A stretch of DNA of 64,000 bases from positions 128,001 through 192,000 of the IMG/VR virus record IMGVR_UViG_3300028549_000365, one strand, 5' to 3'. Made by a program: the position numbers and the translations under genes. Origin of the DNA: a virus (lineage: Duplodnaviria; Caudoviricetes). The notes under the pieces were generated by a model. The model worked only from the letters and a program-made list of their open reading frames with translations, was not told the DNA's origin and made no database searches. How positions within the stretch are numbered: position 1 is the first letter of the stretch; every line of letters begins with the position of its first letter. Below, piece by piece: positions 47,741 to 58,722 of the stretch.

Positions 47741-47813
47741 TGTTATCCTTAGTATTAGTGTATTAAATCAAATAATTGAAATTTTTTATTTTCTTTGAGT
47801 ATAAGGAGTTATA

Positions 47814-48161
47814 ATGGCTAGATTTGAAATAAACGATTATATGGATATTGGTACTATTGGTTACCACGATGCTACTACTTGGGAGGTGGCTTTAGATGAG
47901 GAATTCACACAAGTAATAGATACCAGTGTACACGATTTTGTAAACGTTACTACATGGAATAGTCCATTACCAGTTATAAACGGAGAAGGTGTATATAAAG
48001 ATTTAGATAAACTCTACTTAAGAGTTAAGATACATATAGGCGACACTACATCACCTTGGTACGTAGCTGAATATAAGAATCAAAATAAACAAATAGTAAA
48101 CTTTGTAGAAAACGACGAGATTGTGGAATCAGTTGATTCATTAGAGATAGGATTTAATTAA
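47814..48161 (+). CDS. Virion structural protein
   Basis: HDATTWEVALDEEFTQVID (FnIII-like), upstream of terminase. Confidence 0.62.
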   Translation: MARFEINDYMDIGTIGYHDATTWEVALDEEFTQVIDTSVHDFVNVTTWNSPLPVINGEGVYKDLDKLYLRVKIHIGDTTSPWYVAEYKNQNKQIVNFVENDEIVESVDSLEIGFN

Positions 48162-48175
48162 AATAAGGAATAAGT

Positions 48176-50479
48176 ATGCGAAAAATAAGCATGGGTATAG
48201 ATGCTCCAGCGATAACACCTGGAAGCGGAATAATACATATATCTACTAGTTGGCAGGTTTCTAAAATACCTGATTTTACTAAACAAGAGTATATAGTAGT
48301 TGAGTCGTTAAATGACGAACTCAATTTATTATCGTATAAATTTAGATATGATATAAAACCAAATGAGCCGTTGTATCTAAGAACTAAGATACATTTTAAC
48401 AATGACTTAGAGTTTGAATGGTCTAAGATAGTTCCATTACATTCAGATCAAATAGGTATAAAACTGTCTTCTACTGTTATTAACACACCTAGATTAGAGG
48501 TTAATCTTTCGTTTAGTAATAATCTAAATGGATATATAACAGTGAATACATCAATTATGTCATTATATGGTGGTGCTGGTGTGCATAATAGTACATCGTG
48601 GTTTATAGCTGATACTGATGGTAAAGTTGTTTTTGATAGACAAAAAGATCTTAACAACTTAACTACTATTAAGTTACCAGTTAAAATTTTCGACAAGAAT
48701 AAAATATACACTATAAAAGCAAGACATCATACTGATACTAATGCAGATAGTAATTATGGTGTGGCTTTATATTCTACAGCTACAGGCGGTGGTGAGCTGT
48801 TTAACTTAACAACACCTTATCAACTAGTTACAAAAAGATTTCTGTATTTTGATTTGAAACTATATACAACTAAGTTTAAACATATTGATATTATAATAAC
48901 GGATGAGTATAATAATATTATTTGTTACAACAATGAACAAGTAACTAGAACACCTAGAATATTTACAGGTGATCTTAATACTAATAATACGTATACAGTT
49001 AAGGCTAGAATAAAACTAACAGATGGTACTGAGACAGAGTATAGAACTATATTAAAATCTAGTAAACACGAGAATACATTAATATCAAAATTGAATATAC
49101 CATATTTAAATAAACAATCATACCAACAAGGTATAATGTTAAATGGTTTAACAGCACAATCATCACAAGAGTTCTATACTGGAACTATATTGTTAGGAAA
49201 ACAAAATACTGATATTGTTTATAGATACAACATTGTAAATAATAAGTTAGTAGAAAAGGGACAAGCATTCACACTAGGAGGTGGTAGTGATATTTCTACA
49301 TTACCTTATCTAAACATAGTTCCTTTACATAACGGTAGAGTATTAGTAGATTATTCTATAGAGAAAGTTAATGAAGAGTTAGGGGTAAGTGCGTTTAAAG
49401 TGTTTGAGTATAATGCTATCACACATGAGTTTACGGAATTACATTCTATAGTTAGAAATAATGAAAGATATTCAACAGGTGTTTCTGCGTCGACAGCACC
49501 TATGTTAAATAATAAGGTTTACTATATACCTAGTTTAATATCTGATAATAATGATAACTTACAACTCTTGACACTTATGTGTTATGATACTGAAACAAAT
49601 ATAATTACTGAAATTAGTGAATTACCAGAAAACATAAAAAGATATGGTAATTTAGTTAAATTATCAGAAGATAAACTTATGTTTCTAGGTGGAGTACTTG
49701 AAAGAGATATTGATGTATATGAAGATATTTATACAAGAGTAAACAACTATGTTTACACATACACTATTTCTACAAACGAATGGGAAACTGTAGGTACATT
49801 AAGTGATATTATACCTAGTTCAGTTTATAACTTACAAGTTTATGAACGAAGAGATAATAAGATAGTGTTATTTAATGCTAGTCCGTATGGTGAAATAGTT
49901 AAAGATCAGAGTGTTTACACTATAGATCTAACTTCTTACGCTGTAGAGAAACATGATGATACAATTATTGATGATTTACCATACCAAACGTCTATATTAC
50001 TTAGAAGAGGTGATGTATTACGTATCTCAGCTAGAGCGTTAGACCCACAGAAAGTAAGTAGATATGTATCTAATACTATGAACGATATAGATATCATGTT
50101 TAACAATACTGTGATGAATCCATTAGACTTAATGATACAACCTGGTACAACAGTTACTATAGAATCGCCTTATGTTTATAATTCAGTTAAAGTTCTAGGT
50201 ACTACATATGAAGACAGCGGTTTGCTAAGATGGGTATACGATGATGAAGTTAGGGAGTTTACATTTAGAGATTTATTAGTAACAAGAAGTAGAACAGATA
50301 TTATTGATCATTATCTACCTAATGAAGGTTGGGACACAATAACACTATTAGACGGTGTTGATTACACAGTTACTAACGCGTTATATGTACCTCAGGGTAT
50401 TGAACACACAGCTACAGCTCCTATGGAATTAGACGAGATAGTAATTGGTGAAAACGGTGAGTTAACTATTACGTATTAA
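48176..50479 (+). CDS. Virion structural protein with FnIII-like N-terminus and Kelch-like repeats
   Basis: 767 aa; HISTSWQVS / HNSTSWFI repeats, LMFLGG...YTYTISTNEW. Confidence 0.65.
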   Translation: MRKISMGIDAPAITPGSGIIHISTSWQVSKIPDFTKQEYIVVESLNDELNLLSYKFRYDIKPNEPLYLRTKIHFNNDLEFEWSKIVPLHSDQIGIKLSSTVINTPRLEVNLSFSNNLNGYITVNTSIMSLYGGAGVHNSTSWFIADTDGKVVFDRQKDLNNLTTIKLPVKIFDKNKIYTIKARHHTDTNADSNYGVALYSTATGGGELFNLTTPYQLVTKRFLYFDLKLYTTKFKHIDIIITDEYNNIICYNNEQVTRTPRIFTGDLNTNNTYTVKARIKLTDGTETEYRTILKSSKHENTLISKLNIPYLNKQSYQQGIMLNGLTAQSSQEFYTGTILLGKQNTDIVYRYNIVNNKLVEKGQAFTLGGGSDISTLPYLNIVPLHNGRVLVDYSIEKVNEELGVSAFKVFEYNAITHEFTELHSIVRNNERYSTGVSASTAPMLNNKVYYIPSLISDNNDNLQLLTLMCYDTETNIITEISELPENIKRYGNLVKLSEDKLMFLGGVLERDIDVYEDIYTRVNNYVYTYTISTNEWETVGTLSDIIPSSVYNLQVYERRDNKIVLFNASPYGEIVKDQSVYTIDLTSYAVEKHDDTIIDDLPYQTSILLRRGDVLRISARALDPQKVSRYVSNTMNDIDIMFNNTVMNPLDLMIQPGTTVTIESPYVYNSVKVLGTTYEDSGLLRWVYDDEVREFTFRDLLVTRSRTDIIDHYLPNEGWDTITLLDGVDYTVTNALYVPQGIEHTATAPMELDEIVIGENGELTITY

Positions 50480-50488
50480 GGATTTATT

Positions 50489-52633
50489 ATGATTTTATTT
50501 AGAGAAGATTGGGCTAAATACCCAGGTGCTATAGTGCACTATTCTACTTCTAATACAACATGGGTTAGGACAGCTGGAATCTTTCATAAGATGGGAATAG
50601 ACAATTGTCTATTCCACTTAGCTTTACTTAACCCTGCATTAGAACACGTGGATCCATTTGATCCTAATCTAACACAAAACCAGATATTAGCTATAACTAT
50701 AGAGGCTAAAGAAAACCCTTGGTATGCGTTAAGAGAAATTATTAGAGTCCCAGCGGTTGCTGGACCAGATCCTGTAATGTTAAAGGCTAATAGAGCGAAT
50801 ATAAGTATGTTCTGGTTGTTCTTTAATCATATCACACAGATGCTTATACAACCTAGACAAACTGGTAAATCAGTTAGTACTGATGCACTTATGATAGTTC
50901 TATTTAGTTTATTAACACTCAACACCGATATAAATCTTTTAACTAAAGATGATAACCTTAGGGTGCGTAATGTTACAAGACTAAAGAATCTTATTAACGG
51001 TTTGCCTTTTTATTTTAATTTAAGAAACAGAGGTGATACTAATAATACAGAGAAGTTAACATTAGGTGGTTTAGGTAATACGTATAATACAAATGTACCA
51101 CAGGCTTCTGAGAAAGCTGCGCTTAATCTAGGTAGGGGGATGACAATTGCTATAAATCATATCGATGAGATAGCGTATGTAAATAACATACAGATAACAT
51201 TACCAGCAATGCTAGCGGCTACCGGTGCCGCAAGAGATAGTGCGCGTGAATATGGAGCTCCATATGGTAATATATTTACAACTACTCCAGGGTACTTAAG
51301 TTCTGAATCTGGTAAGTTTGCGTTCGGTATATATAATGACTCTATGAAATGGTCTGAAAAATTATTCGACAGTAAGAATGAAGCAGATCTTATATCTATC
51401 ATACGTAAAAATTCAGCTAGTGGTAAACTACAAGTCGTTCTTGATTATAATCATAGACAATTAGGTTATACAGATGAATGGTTAAAAGAAAAAATAGAAG
51501 CAGCTATGACAGATGGTGAGGATGCTGGTGCTGACTACTTAAATATCTGGGCTGAAGGTTCAGAGGCATCACCTATTAAGAAAGAACTATTGAAAATTAT
51601 TAAAGACAGTATAGTAAGAGAACCTTATACTACAGTATCTAAATACAATTATATTACTAGATGGTATGTTCCTGAGGTAGATGTATATAATAAACTTTCT
51701 AATAGAAAATTAATTATGGCGTTAGATACTTCAGATGCAACTGGAAAAGATGATATAGGTATGTGTATAAGAGATGCAGCTACAGGTGAAGTTGTAGCTA
51801 TAGGTGTTTATAATGAAACTAACTTAATAACATTCTCAGAATGGATATTAGAGTGGCTAATAGACTATCCTAATTTAACTTTAGTAATAGAAAGAAGATC
51901 ATCTGGTGCCGCTATTATAGATAACTTAATTAAATTGTTATTAGCTAAGGGTGAAGATCCGTTTGCTAGAATGTTTAACTGGGTAGTTAATGATAGTGAA
52001 GTTAATTCTAAATACAGAGAAGAGGTTACTGGGATATCAGTTCCTAGAAGACCTTCGTATGTTTATGAAAAATATAGACAAACGTTTGGGTACGCTACGT
52101 CAGGCGGAAGCGGTAGAAATAGTAGAAACTTATTGTATGGAGAAGTATTCAATACATCTATTAAATACACAGGTTCAACGGTTAGAGATAATACACTTAT
52201 TTCTCAAATAGCTGGATTAAAAATACGTAACGATAGAATAGATCATGGGGCAGGTGGTCATGATGACGTAGTTGTTGCTTGGTTATTAGGTTATTGGTTC
52301 TTATCTAAAACTAATAATAAACAATTCTACGGACTAGATACACACAAAGTTCTATCAGCTGTATCTAAAGCTATGATCGATGAACAAGGTGGTGAAGAAG
52401 CAGTTAACAATAAGTTGTATCAAGAAGAACTTAAAGATAATATAGATATCTTATTAGACCAACTGAAAGCGGAGAAATCACCTATAAAAAGTTTACAGTT
52501 AACTAACAGAATAAAACATCTATACAAAGATGTAGACACTAGTATATTACAACATTTTAATATAGATAGTATGTTAGCAAATATTTCTTTAGAGAAACGT
52601 AAAACGTATATAAATAATTATAGAGCTGCTTAA
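50489..52633 (+). CDS. terL: Terminase large subunit
   Basis: Walker A PRQTGKS, Walker B HIDE, motif III TTTPG, nuclease ALDTSD and HDDVVVAWLL. Confidence 0.92.
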   Translation: MILFREDWAKYPGAIVHYSTSNTTWVRTAGIFHKMGIDNCLFHLALLNPALEHVDPFDPNLTQNQILAITIEAKENPWYALREIIRVPAVAGPDPVMLKANRANISMFWLFFNHITQMLIQPRQTGKSVSTDALMIVLFSLLTLNTDINLLTKDDNLRVRNVTRLKNLINGLPFYFNLRNRGDTNNTEKLTLGGLGNTYNTNVPQASEKAALNLGRGMTIAINHIDEIAYVNNIQITLPAMLAATGAARDSAREYGAPYGNIFTTTPGYLSSESGKFAFGIYNDSMKWSEKLFDSKNEADLISIIRKNSASGKLQVVLDYNHRQLGYTDEWLKEKIEAAMTDGEDAGADYLNIWAEGSEASPIKKELLKIIKDSIVREPYTTVSKYNYITRWYVPEVDVYNKLSNRKLIMALDTSDATGKDDIGMCIRDAATGEVVAIGVYNETNLITFSEWILEWLIDYPNLTLVIERRSSGAAIIDNLIKLLLAKGEDPFARMFNWVVNDSEVNSKYREEVTGISVPRRPSYVYEKYRQTFGYATSGGSGRNSRNLLYGEVFNTSIKYTGSTVRDNTLISQIAGLKIRNDRIDHGAGGHDDVVVAWLLGYWFLSKTNNKQFYGLDTHKVLSAVSKAMIDEQGGEEAVNNKLYQEELKDNIDILLDQLKAEKSPIKSLQLTNRIKHLYKDVDTSILQHFNIDSMLANISLEKRKTYINNYRAA

Positions 52634-52661
52634 TATATGAGAATAAAAAAGGAGTTATTAT

Positions 52662-52808
52662 ATGTTAAGAAATATTAAATACTTTCTAATAGGTTGTGTT
52701 CTAGCCGTAGGTTACACTGGGAATAGGTATAAGAAACCTAACGTAGGTTATCAACCCAGAAGAAAAGATGTATTAAAAGATCAAAGAGATAAAAAGATAG
52801 ATAGCTAG
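52662..52808 (+). CDS. Small protein with hydrophobic N-terminus (48 aa)
   Basis: AAGGAG RBS; MLRNIKYFLIGCVLAVGYTGNRYKKPNVGYQPRRKDVLKDQRDKKIDS. Confidence 0.55.
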   Translation: MLRNIKYFLIGCVLAVGYTGNRYKKPNVGYQPRRKDVLKDQRDKKIDS

Positions 52809-52829
52809 CACCTTTGGTGCTAGCTATCT
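52799..52829 (+). terminator. Hairpin terminator
   Basis: AGATAGCTAGCACC-TTT-GGTGCTAGCTATCT. Confidence 0.72.
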
Positions 52830-52871
52830 TATTTATTTAAAACCAGCATATACTATGAATAAGGAGTTATT

Positions 52872-53984
52872 ATGAATAAAAAGAAAATATCATATGTAGT
52901 ATTGTCAGATATACATTTGGGTCATGATAATAATAAAACAGATAATATAGTTAATAATCTAAGATATTATTTTAAAGTAAATCATAACGCATTTAAAGTT
53001 TTAGATGTAATATTCTTAGCAGGCGACTTATTCGATAAACTATTAGTTAATTATTCAGTAGAATACCTATTAATAATGGAATGGTTATCGGAGCTTATAT
53101 TATACTGTAAACATAATAATATTAAACTAAGAGTTCTAGAAGGAACTCCGTCCCACGATTGGAATCAAGCTAAAGCTATTTCTACAACAATAGATAAACT
53201 CAATACAGATATAGACTACAAGTATATATCAACACTTAATATAGAACATATGAGTGATTTAGGTATTAATGTACTCTATGTTCCAGATGAGTACAAACAC
53301 AAAGCTTCTGATACATTTATAGATGTTATAAAATTACTTAACGAGAACAACTTAGAAAAAGTAGATATAACAATAATGCATGGGCAGTTTAATTATCAAT
53401 TACCTGTTGCGTTGGAAAATTCACATAACGAAGAAGACTATCTTAATATAACTAAGTATTATGTATCAATAGGTCATATACATAGTTTTAGTGTTTATTT
53501 AAGAATAATTGCACAAGGTAGCTTTGATAGATTAGCTCACAACGAAGAAGAAGACAAAGGTGGTGTGTTAATAGATATTTATAATACAGGTGACATGCAG
53601 TACAGGTTTATAAAAAATACAAGAGCTAAACAATTTTTAACCTATAGTTTAACTAATATGGATATAGAAGAAATAAGAATACTATTAGATAGTAAGTTTA
53701 AACTTCTTAAGGAACAAACGCATGTTCGGTTAATCGTAGATAGGGACACCAACTTAAAATCTATTTTAACACCTTTAAAAGAAAAATATATAAATCATAT
53801 TATAAAAATAGAGTATGTTAAAGATAAAGAAGAAGCTATAGTCACTACTGAATCTAATGTTATAATTAGTTTTAGTATAGATAGAAGTAATATAGAATTT
53901 TTATTAACAGCAGAGATGGAACAATACAATTTAGATAAGAATAAGATGTTGATATTTAAAGAAGAATTGTCTAGCGTTATATAA
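52872..53984 (+). CDS. sbcD: SbcD/Mre11-like metallophosphoesterase nuclease
   Basis: SDIHLG, AGDLFD, GTPSHD, MHGQF, IGHIH motifs. Confidence 0.88.
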   Translation: MNKKKISYVVLSDIHLGHDNNKTDNIVNNLRYYFKVNHNAFKVLDVIFLAGDLFDKLLVNYSVEYLLIMEWLSELILYCKHNNIKLRVLEGTPSHDWNQAKAISTTIDKLNTDIDYKYISTLNIEHMSDLGINVLYVPDEYKHKASDTFIDVIKLLNENNLEKVDITIMHGQFNYQLPVALENSHNEEDYLNITKYYVSIGHIHSFSVYLRIIAQGSFDRLAHNEEEDKGGVLIDIYNTGDMQYRFIKNTRAKQFLTYSLTNMDIEEIRILLDSKFKLLKEQTHVRLIVDRDTNLKSILTPLKEKYINHIIKIEYVKDKEEAIVTTESNVIISFSIDRSNIEFLLTAEMEQYNLDKNKMLIFKEELSSVI

Positions 53985-53985
53985 G

Positions 53986-54000
53986 CATATATTATTAATA
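53986..54000 (+). promoter_or_regulatory. CATATATTATT promoter motif
   Basis: Recurrent motif, 62 nt upstream of the ATG at 54048. Confidence 0.6.
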
Positions 54001-54047
54001 TAATGAATGCAATCGCGAAGTATTCATATTAAAAATAAGGAGAGTTT

Positions 54048-54881
54048 ATGTTAGAAAATAGAGATATGACATCATTTGGAATATCTATAGGAACTGGTTT
54101 AGCGTTAGAGACGTTGTTTAACCCAACTACAGAACGTTATGACAATACAAGATCAGTTGATAAAGTTGACGGTAATAAGTTCAGTGTACATTATTATAAT
54201 GTGTATACGTTAGCTAGGAATATGTTAACTAGTCTTACATCTGTTAAAGATAAAGATAAGATAATAAAGAATAGAGATTTCGTTAATACTCTTAAAGATG
54301 AGATACTTATAATTAGCTCTCTTTATACAGGTTTAGATTCTATATTTGTATTATACATTCCAAGCGATATAAAGAAGAAACATCAAGCGTTTAATGTAGA
54401 TAAAGATAAAACATTAACTAAATCTTATTTAGAGTATAGTTCGTTAGAACGTAGTATTACGGAGCTTAAAATAAAACTAGCTACTGATAAGATAAACATA
54501 GTTGATAAACTACCAGATGTTAATACTGACTTTTTACTGTTTGATCATTTCTTAGTAGATTTTATGGTTCTTAATAATCACGCATGGCTATTGGAGTCAC
54601 ATACAGGTAAGGTTAAACCATACAGTAAGCTAAGTAACAAATACCATCCAATAGGTCCAAGAGACTTATCGCACTTACCTATGTCACAACTATTATTATA
54701 TATTCTAGGTGATAAAACTTTAGTTGTACCTCTTAGTATATCACTTAGGATAGAACTGTATAATTTAAGTATAGAGTGCAATTGGACACCTAAAACAACT
54801 CGTGCTAAGATGTTGATGGATTTTGATAAATCGGAACCTATTAAACAATTTATGTTGAAATATAAATTTAAAACATATTAG
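54048..54881 (+). CDS. Conserved chimallivirus core protein (phiKZ gp66-like)
   Basis: SIGTGLALE, N.YTLARN, LLESHTGKVK motifs; follows sbcD. Confidence 0.7.
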   Translation: MLENRDMTSFGISIGTGLALETLFNPTTERYDNTRSVDKVDGNKFSVHYYNVYTLARNMLTSLTSVKDKDKIIKNRDFVNTLKDEILIISSLYTGLDSIFVLYIPSDIKKKHQAFNVDKDKTLTKSYLEYSSLERSITELKIKLATDKINIVDKLPDVNTDFLLFDHFLVDFMVLNNHAWLLESHTGKVKPYSKLSNKYHPIGPRDLSHLPMSQLLLYILGDKTLVVPLSISLRIELYNLSIECNWTPKTTRAKMLMDFDKSEPIKQFMLKYKFKTY

Positions 54882-54912
54882 TACTATGAATATAAAAATT
54901 AAGGAGAATAGA

Positions 54913-55572
54913 ATGGCTTACATACCAGGATCAACAGCCCCCGTTAAAAGAGCAAAGTTCATACCACTAGCGTTAAGAACAGATTATGAAGGTGAAGAAG
55001 ATTGGGCGACACTAAGTTGGACATTAAGAATGGGTTACCCTAGATGTGAAGTTTATACTTCCAACAAAAGAAGAGAACCAGGTGTTCCTATGGATTATAA
55101 CACGAGTTTAACAGCTTCGTTAGACATACTAAGTCTAACTACATTTATAGATAAAGCTGTTAAAGTAGTTGAAGAGGGTAAACCAGGTGCACAGATAGGT
55201 ATAAACTGTTATACTGTTAAATATGAAAACAATGTTAAAACAAATGATGTCATATTGCAAAGTAAACTTGTTTTTGGTAAAGATGACGCAGGTATATGTT
55301 ACTTAGCAGTACTAGCTGAAGGTAAACGTAAAGTTAAATTTAGTATTTTACCTAATGCTAAATTTGTAAAGTTTGTAAAAGAAGATGGTCAGCTTGAAAT
55401 AGATGTTGTTAAAATGTCTAAAGAACACGCAATAACGTATTTAAGTTTTCTTAAGACTCTATTAAAAACAGAAGGTATTACGGATAACTTACAAACTACG
55501 TTCCAAGATAGAAAGGGTAACGACGTAGCGACTAGTAAATTATCGGAAGATGGTATTGAAAATATATTTTAG
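54913..55572 (+). CDS. Core protein; synteny suggests ChmC-like nucleic-acid-binding protein (phiKZ gp67 position)
   Basis: Start at 54913 (AAGGAG). Immediately upstream of the gp68-like gene. Function inferred from synteny only. Confidence 0.55.
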   Translation: MAYIPGSTAPVKRAKFIPLALRTDYEGEEDWATLSWTLRMGYPRCEVYTSNKRREPGVPMDYNTSLTASLDILSLTTFIDKAVKVVEEGKPGAQIGINCYTVKYENNVKTNDVILQSKLVFGKDDAGICYLAVLAEGKRKVKFSILPNAKFVKFVKEDGQLEIDVVKMSKEHAITYLSFLKTLLKTEGITDNLQTTFQDRKGNDVATSKLSEDGIENIF

Positions 55573-55595
55573 TTAGTAGGAAATTCCTACTAACT
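55571..55595 (+). terminator. Hairpin
   Basis: AGTTAGTAGGA-AAT-TCCTACTAACT. Confidence 0.6.
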
Positions 55596-55633
55596 GGGAT
55601 ATTTGTTAACGTTAACGTCAAATGATATATAAG

Positions 55634-55648
55634 CATATATTATTAATG
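55634..55648 (+). promoter_or_regulatory. CATATATTATT promoter motif
   Basis: Recurrent motif, 58 nt upstream of the ATG at 55692. Confidence 0.6.
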
Positions 55649-55691
55649 TAGTGAGTATAATTGCAAAATACTTACAACTAAAGGAGACAAC

Positions 55692-57242
55692 ATGTTTGAA
55701 CTGATGAACGTGACTAATAAGCATCCGCTTATGATAAAAATAGAGCACGATTTAAGAAAAGTGGAGTTTGTTATAAGTAGTATAATAAACAAAAGAAATA
55801 AAGAAGACATAGATCCAGAGACACAGTTTGTTTTACTAGAGTCATACATTAACTATAAAGGTAATGATTTCAAAACAGAATTGTTTAAAAGATATATGAT
55901 AGCTGATACAGAGATAACTAGTTCAGTTATGTCACAAGGTTTACATCCTATGCCTATAAAATGTATTCATGACATTATAGAGATGTTTGATGAGTTAGAT
56001 GTATATCATTACATAAAAGAAGTTTATAAGCTTCAAGCTCCTGGTATACTAGCTGATGTTTTTGACGAACAATTAGAGCTAGATGGAAGAGTAACTAGAG
56101 TTCAAACTTATATAAAAAGTGATTACTACGAGTTAGCTACAGTCTCGCTTATATTAAAATCAGTTATAGGACCTATAGGTTATTTTGGATATCTTAAAGA
56201 TTCTGAAATAAATTCTAAACATAAAGAGTACATCTTATTTAGATTGTTAAATAAGCATAGACTTAATAGTTCAGCTCCTGTTAACAAAGTAAAGGGTTTG
56301 ATTATAAAGCTTATTGAGATAGCTATGAGAGATGAGAAGATAGCTGCTACTACTGTTATTGAAAAAGGTATATCGTTAAGTCAGTTACCTAACTATGTAA
56401 CGGCGGCTACTTTACTTAAAAAGATAGCTATGGCTGATTTGATTAATGATAATAGAAATGGTGGTGACAAGAATATAGTTACCAGAATGTATAACTTTAT
56501 TATAAACGAATTGAGTACAAAAGATGATGCTAAGAATCGTATAGGAGATAAAATAGCTTTAACAGATAGTGATAGTGGCGATAGAGAATCTATAGCAGAA
56601 AGTTATAGAATAGTTACAGCTTTAACTGTCGGTGATAAAACAGAGTTAGATTGGTCTTGCAAGTACGCTAACAGAGTAATACAAGCTATGCCTATTGAAT
56701 TAGATACAGCTACGTTTAACGACGCTAAAGAGTTTTGTAAAGCGTTATTAGATAGTGAGTTACCGTTAGTACAACTTTCAGTAATAGGTAATATATTTAA
56801 ACACTATATAGATCCTAGAGGGTTGGATTATATATCCAGTGATTCTTTACTAAATCTATTCGCTATAGGATTTGCTTATTTAAACAAATTAGGGTTTACT
56901 CAACTAGCTATATGGCTAACTTCAAGATCTGTTCCTGTAGACTCTAGTACACTAACAATCTCTTCTACTGTTAATAGAAATAGAATTTCTAAAGAACTTA
57001 AAGATGAATTAAACGTTTATTTCCCTTACAATAGGGTTATAAACTCAGAAAAGCAAGTTAATATAGCTGAAGAGTGGGTTAATGACGCAACTAATGATAT
57101 TTTAGCTAGACGTTGGTTAACAACAGCGTATCCTAAGTATTTAGAATCACAAACATCAACAGTATTTAGTATACCACAAGATATAAAGATACTGTTAGCG
57201 CAATACATAGTAACTAATGAAAAGTTACATACAAAAAATTAA
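55692..57242 (+). CDS. Non-virion RNAP promoter-specificity subunit (phiKZ gp68-like)
   Basis: 516 aa; size and position three genes upstream of the nvRNAP beta gene match the phiKZ gp68-gp71 block. Confidence 0.68.
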   Translation: MFELMNVTNKHPLMIKIEHDLRKVEFVISSIINKRNKEDIDPETQFVLLESYINYKGNDFKTELFKRYMIADTEITSSVMSQGLHPMPIKCIHDIIEMFDELDVYHYIKEVYKLQAPGILADVFDEQLELDGRVTRVQTYIKSDYYELATVSLILKSVIGPIGYFGYLKDSEINSKHKEYILFRLLNKHRLNSSAPVNKVKGLIIKLIEIAMRDEKIAATTVIEKGISLSQLPNYVTAATLLKKIAMADLINDNRNGGDKNIVTRMYNFIINELSTKDDAKNRIGDKIALTDSDSGDRESIAESYRIVTALTVGDKTELDWSCKYANRVIQAMPIELDTATFNDAKEFCKALLDSELPLVQLSVIGNIFKHYIDPRGLDYISSDSLLNLFAIGFAYLNKLGFTQLAIWLTSRSVPVDSSTLTISSTVNRNRISKELKDELNVYFPYNRVINSEKQVNIAEEWVNDATNDILARRWLTTAYPKYLESQTSTVFSIPQDIKILLAQYIVTNEKLHTKN

Positions 57243-57251
57243 GGAGAAAGA

Positions 57252-58712
57252 ATGCAACATATAAACCCACAATACATACCATCACCAGGAACTAGAATAA
57301 GAAGATTTGTAGCTGTACCTACAAAAAGAAGTTATAACGATATTTATCAAAGATCGTTTGAAGTTAAAGCTAACTATAATGATTTAACTAAATTAGAATC
57401 AATATTTGCACAACATAATGTACATAACAATCAACCTTTAACAGATTTAACATTAGCTATGTGTATGCCTGAAGTTATGTCTATAAGCGATCACACAACG
57501 GGTAAAGTAGAAATACCTTACGGTTGGGGTACACAACGTTTAAGATTTCTTATGGAAGTAGAAACAGATCTAGGTGGTATGATAATCTCATCTTACTTGC
57601 AAGGTTACTCAGAGTACAGTGACCCATCTATGTTCGGAAAAGTTGATCCTAATATGAATTTCTACATTAATGGTTTAACTGTAGTTCATAGGATGATTGA
57701 TCCTATTACGCATCAACAAGTAGTTGTTCCTAAAACATCGTATAATGTTGTAACTGACTTAGCTGGTGGTGCTAGATATTCTGAAGTAGATTTATTTAAT
57801 AGTACAAGTAATAACTTAAAATTGGTTAGACCAGTTGATGTACTAGAAGATATTCAGATGGGAGAGATGTATGGAAATACACCTACATACAACACAACAG
57901 GTTCTATAGGTAATGGTGCTAACTTGTCAGCTAGAGCTAATAATGATAGTATAAAATATTTTACTAAAACTATTAATGGAATTATAACTGGTAAAGCATT
58001 AACTGGTAACAATGAAGATATGACTAACGTTATGTCAAATGCAGTAGGTCAAGTTACAGAAGATATGCTTAATGACAATCCATTTATATCAGAATTAGGT
58101 AGGATTACTGGTGAAATAACACCTACGTCATTCACACTAAATGTTCTAGATAAGATGGATCCTAATGTTGTATTAGATATGGTAGGTGGTTCTAATAGTA
58201 TAGGTATTGTAGATTTTACACATGCTATATTAGATACAGAACACACAGCTGCTATGTTACAACCAACTATTGAAACTAAGATAGCTACACTAGTTGCGCA
58301 TAGTATGTCATCTATGTTAGCTGAAAATATGTTAACTGGTATAAGTTTGTCAATGACTAATATGTCAGGTATGGCAGTAGCTGGTTATACTAAAATAGAA
58401 TCATTCATACCAGGTGTTAATCACATAGCGTACGTTAATAAACTACTAGCAAGAGTAGAAAATATACTTATGCCTGAGATAACTTATAACAATCAGCTAC
58501 TAGTTGAGATACATGTTATTGCAGATTTAATAGGAGACACAACAGTGGCAGTTTCTCTCAATATGCAACCACTTGTACCTTTCAGGTTCCCTACGTTTTC
58601 AGATGGTCTTTATACACCAGTTATATCTGATACAGCCCACAGAGCGTTGTTATCAAACAACATAGGTAATATTATAGATAAAACATATAATAGTAACCAA
58701 CCACAATATTAA
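57252..58712 (+). CDS. Putative nuclear import factor PicA/Imp1 (phiKZ gp69-like)
   Basis: 486 aa; IPYGW..QRLRFLMEV, RPVDV and PTFSDGL motifs; directly after the gp68-like gene. Confidence 0.62.
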   Translation: MQHINPQYIPSPGTRIRRFVAVPTKRSYNDIYQRSFEVKANYNDLTKLESIFAQHNVHNNQPLTDLTLAMCMPEVMSISDHTTGKVEIPYGWGTQRLRFLMEVETDLGGMIISSYLQGYSEYSDPSMFGKVDPNMNFYINGLTVVHRMIDPITHQQVVVPKTSYNVVTDLAGGARYSEVDLFNSTSNNLKLVRPVDVLEDIQMGEMYGNTPTYNTTGSIGNGANLSARANNDSIKYFTKTINGIITGKALTGNNEDMTNVMSNAVGQVTEDMLNDNPFISELGRITGEITPTSFTLNVLDKMDPNVVLDMVGGSNSIGIVDFTHAILDTEHTAAMLQPTIETKIATLVAHSMSSMLAENMLTGISLSMTNMSGMAVAGYTKIESFIPGVNHIAYVNKLLARVENILMPEITYNNQLLVEIHVIADLIGDTTVAVSLNMQPLVPFRFPTFSDGLYTPVISDTAHRALLSNNIGNIIDKTYNSNQPQY

Positions 58713-58722
58713 GGAGAAATAA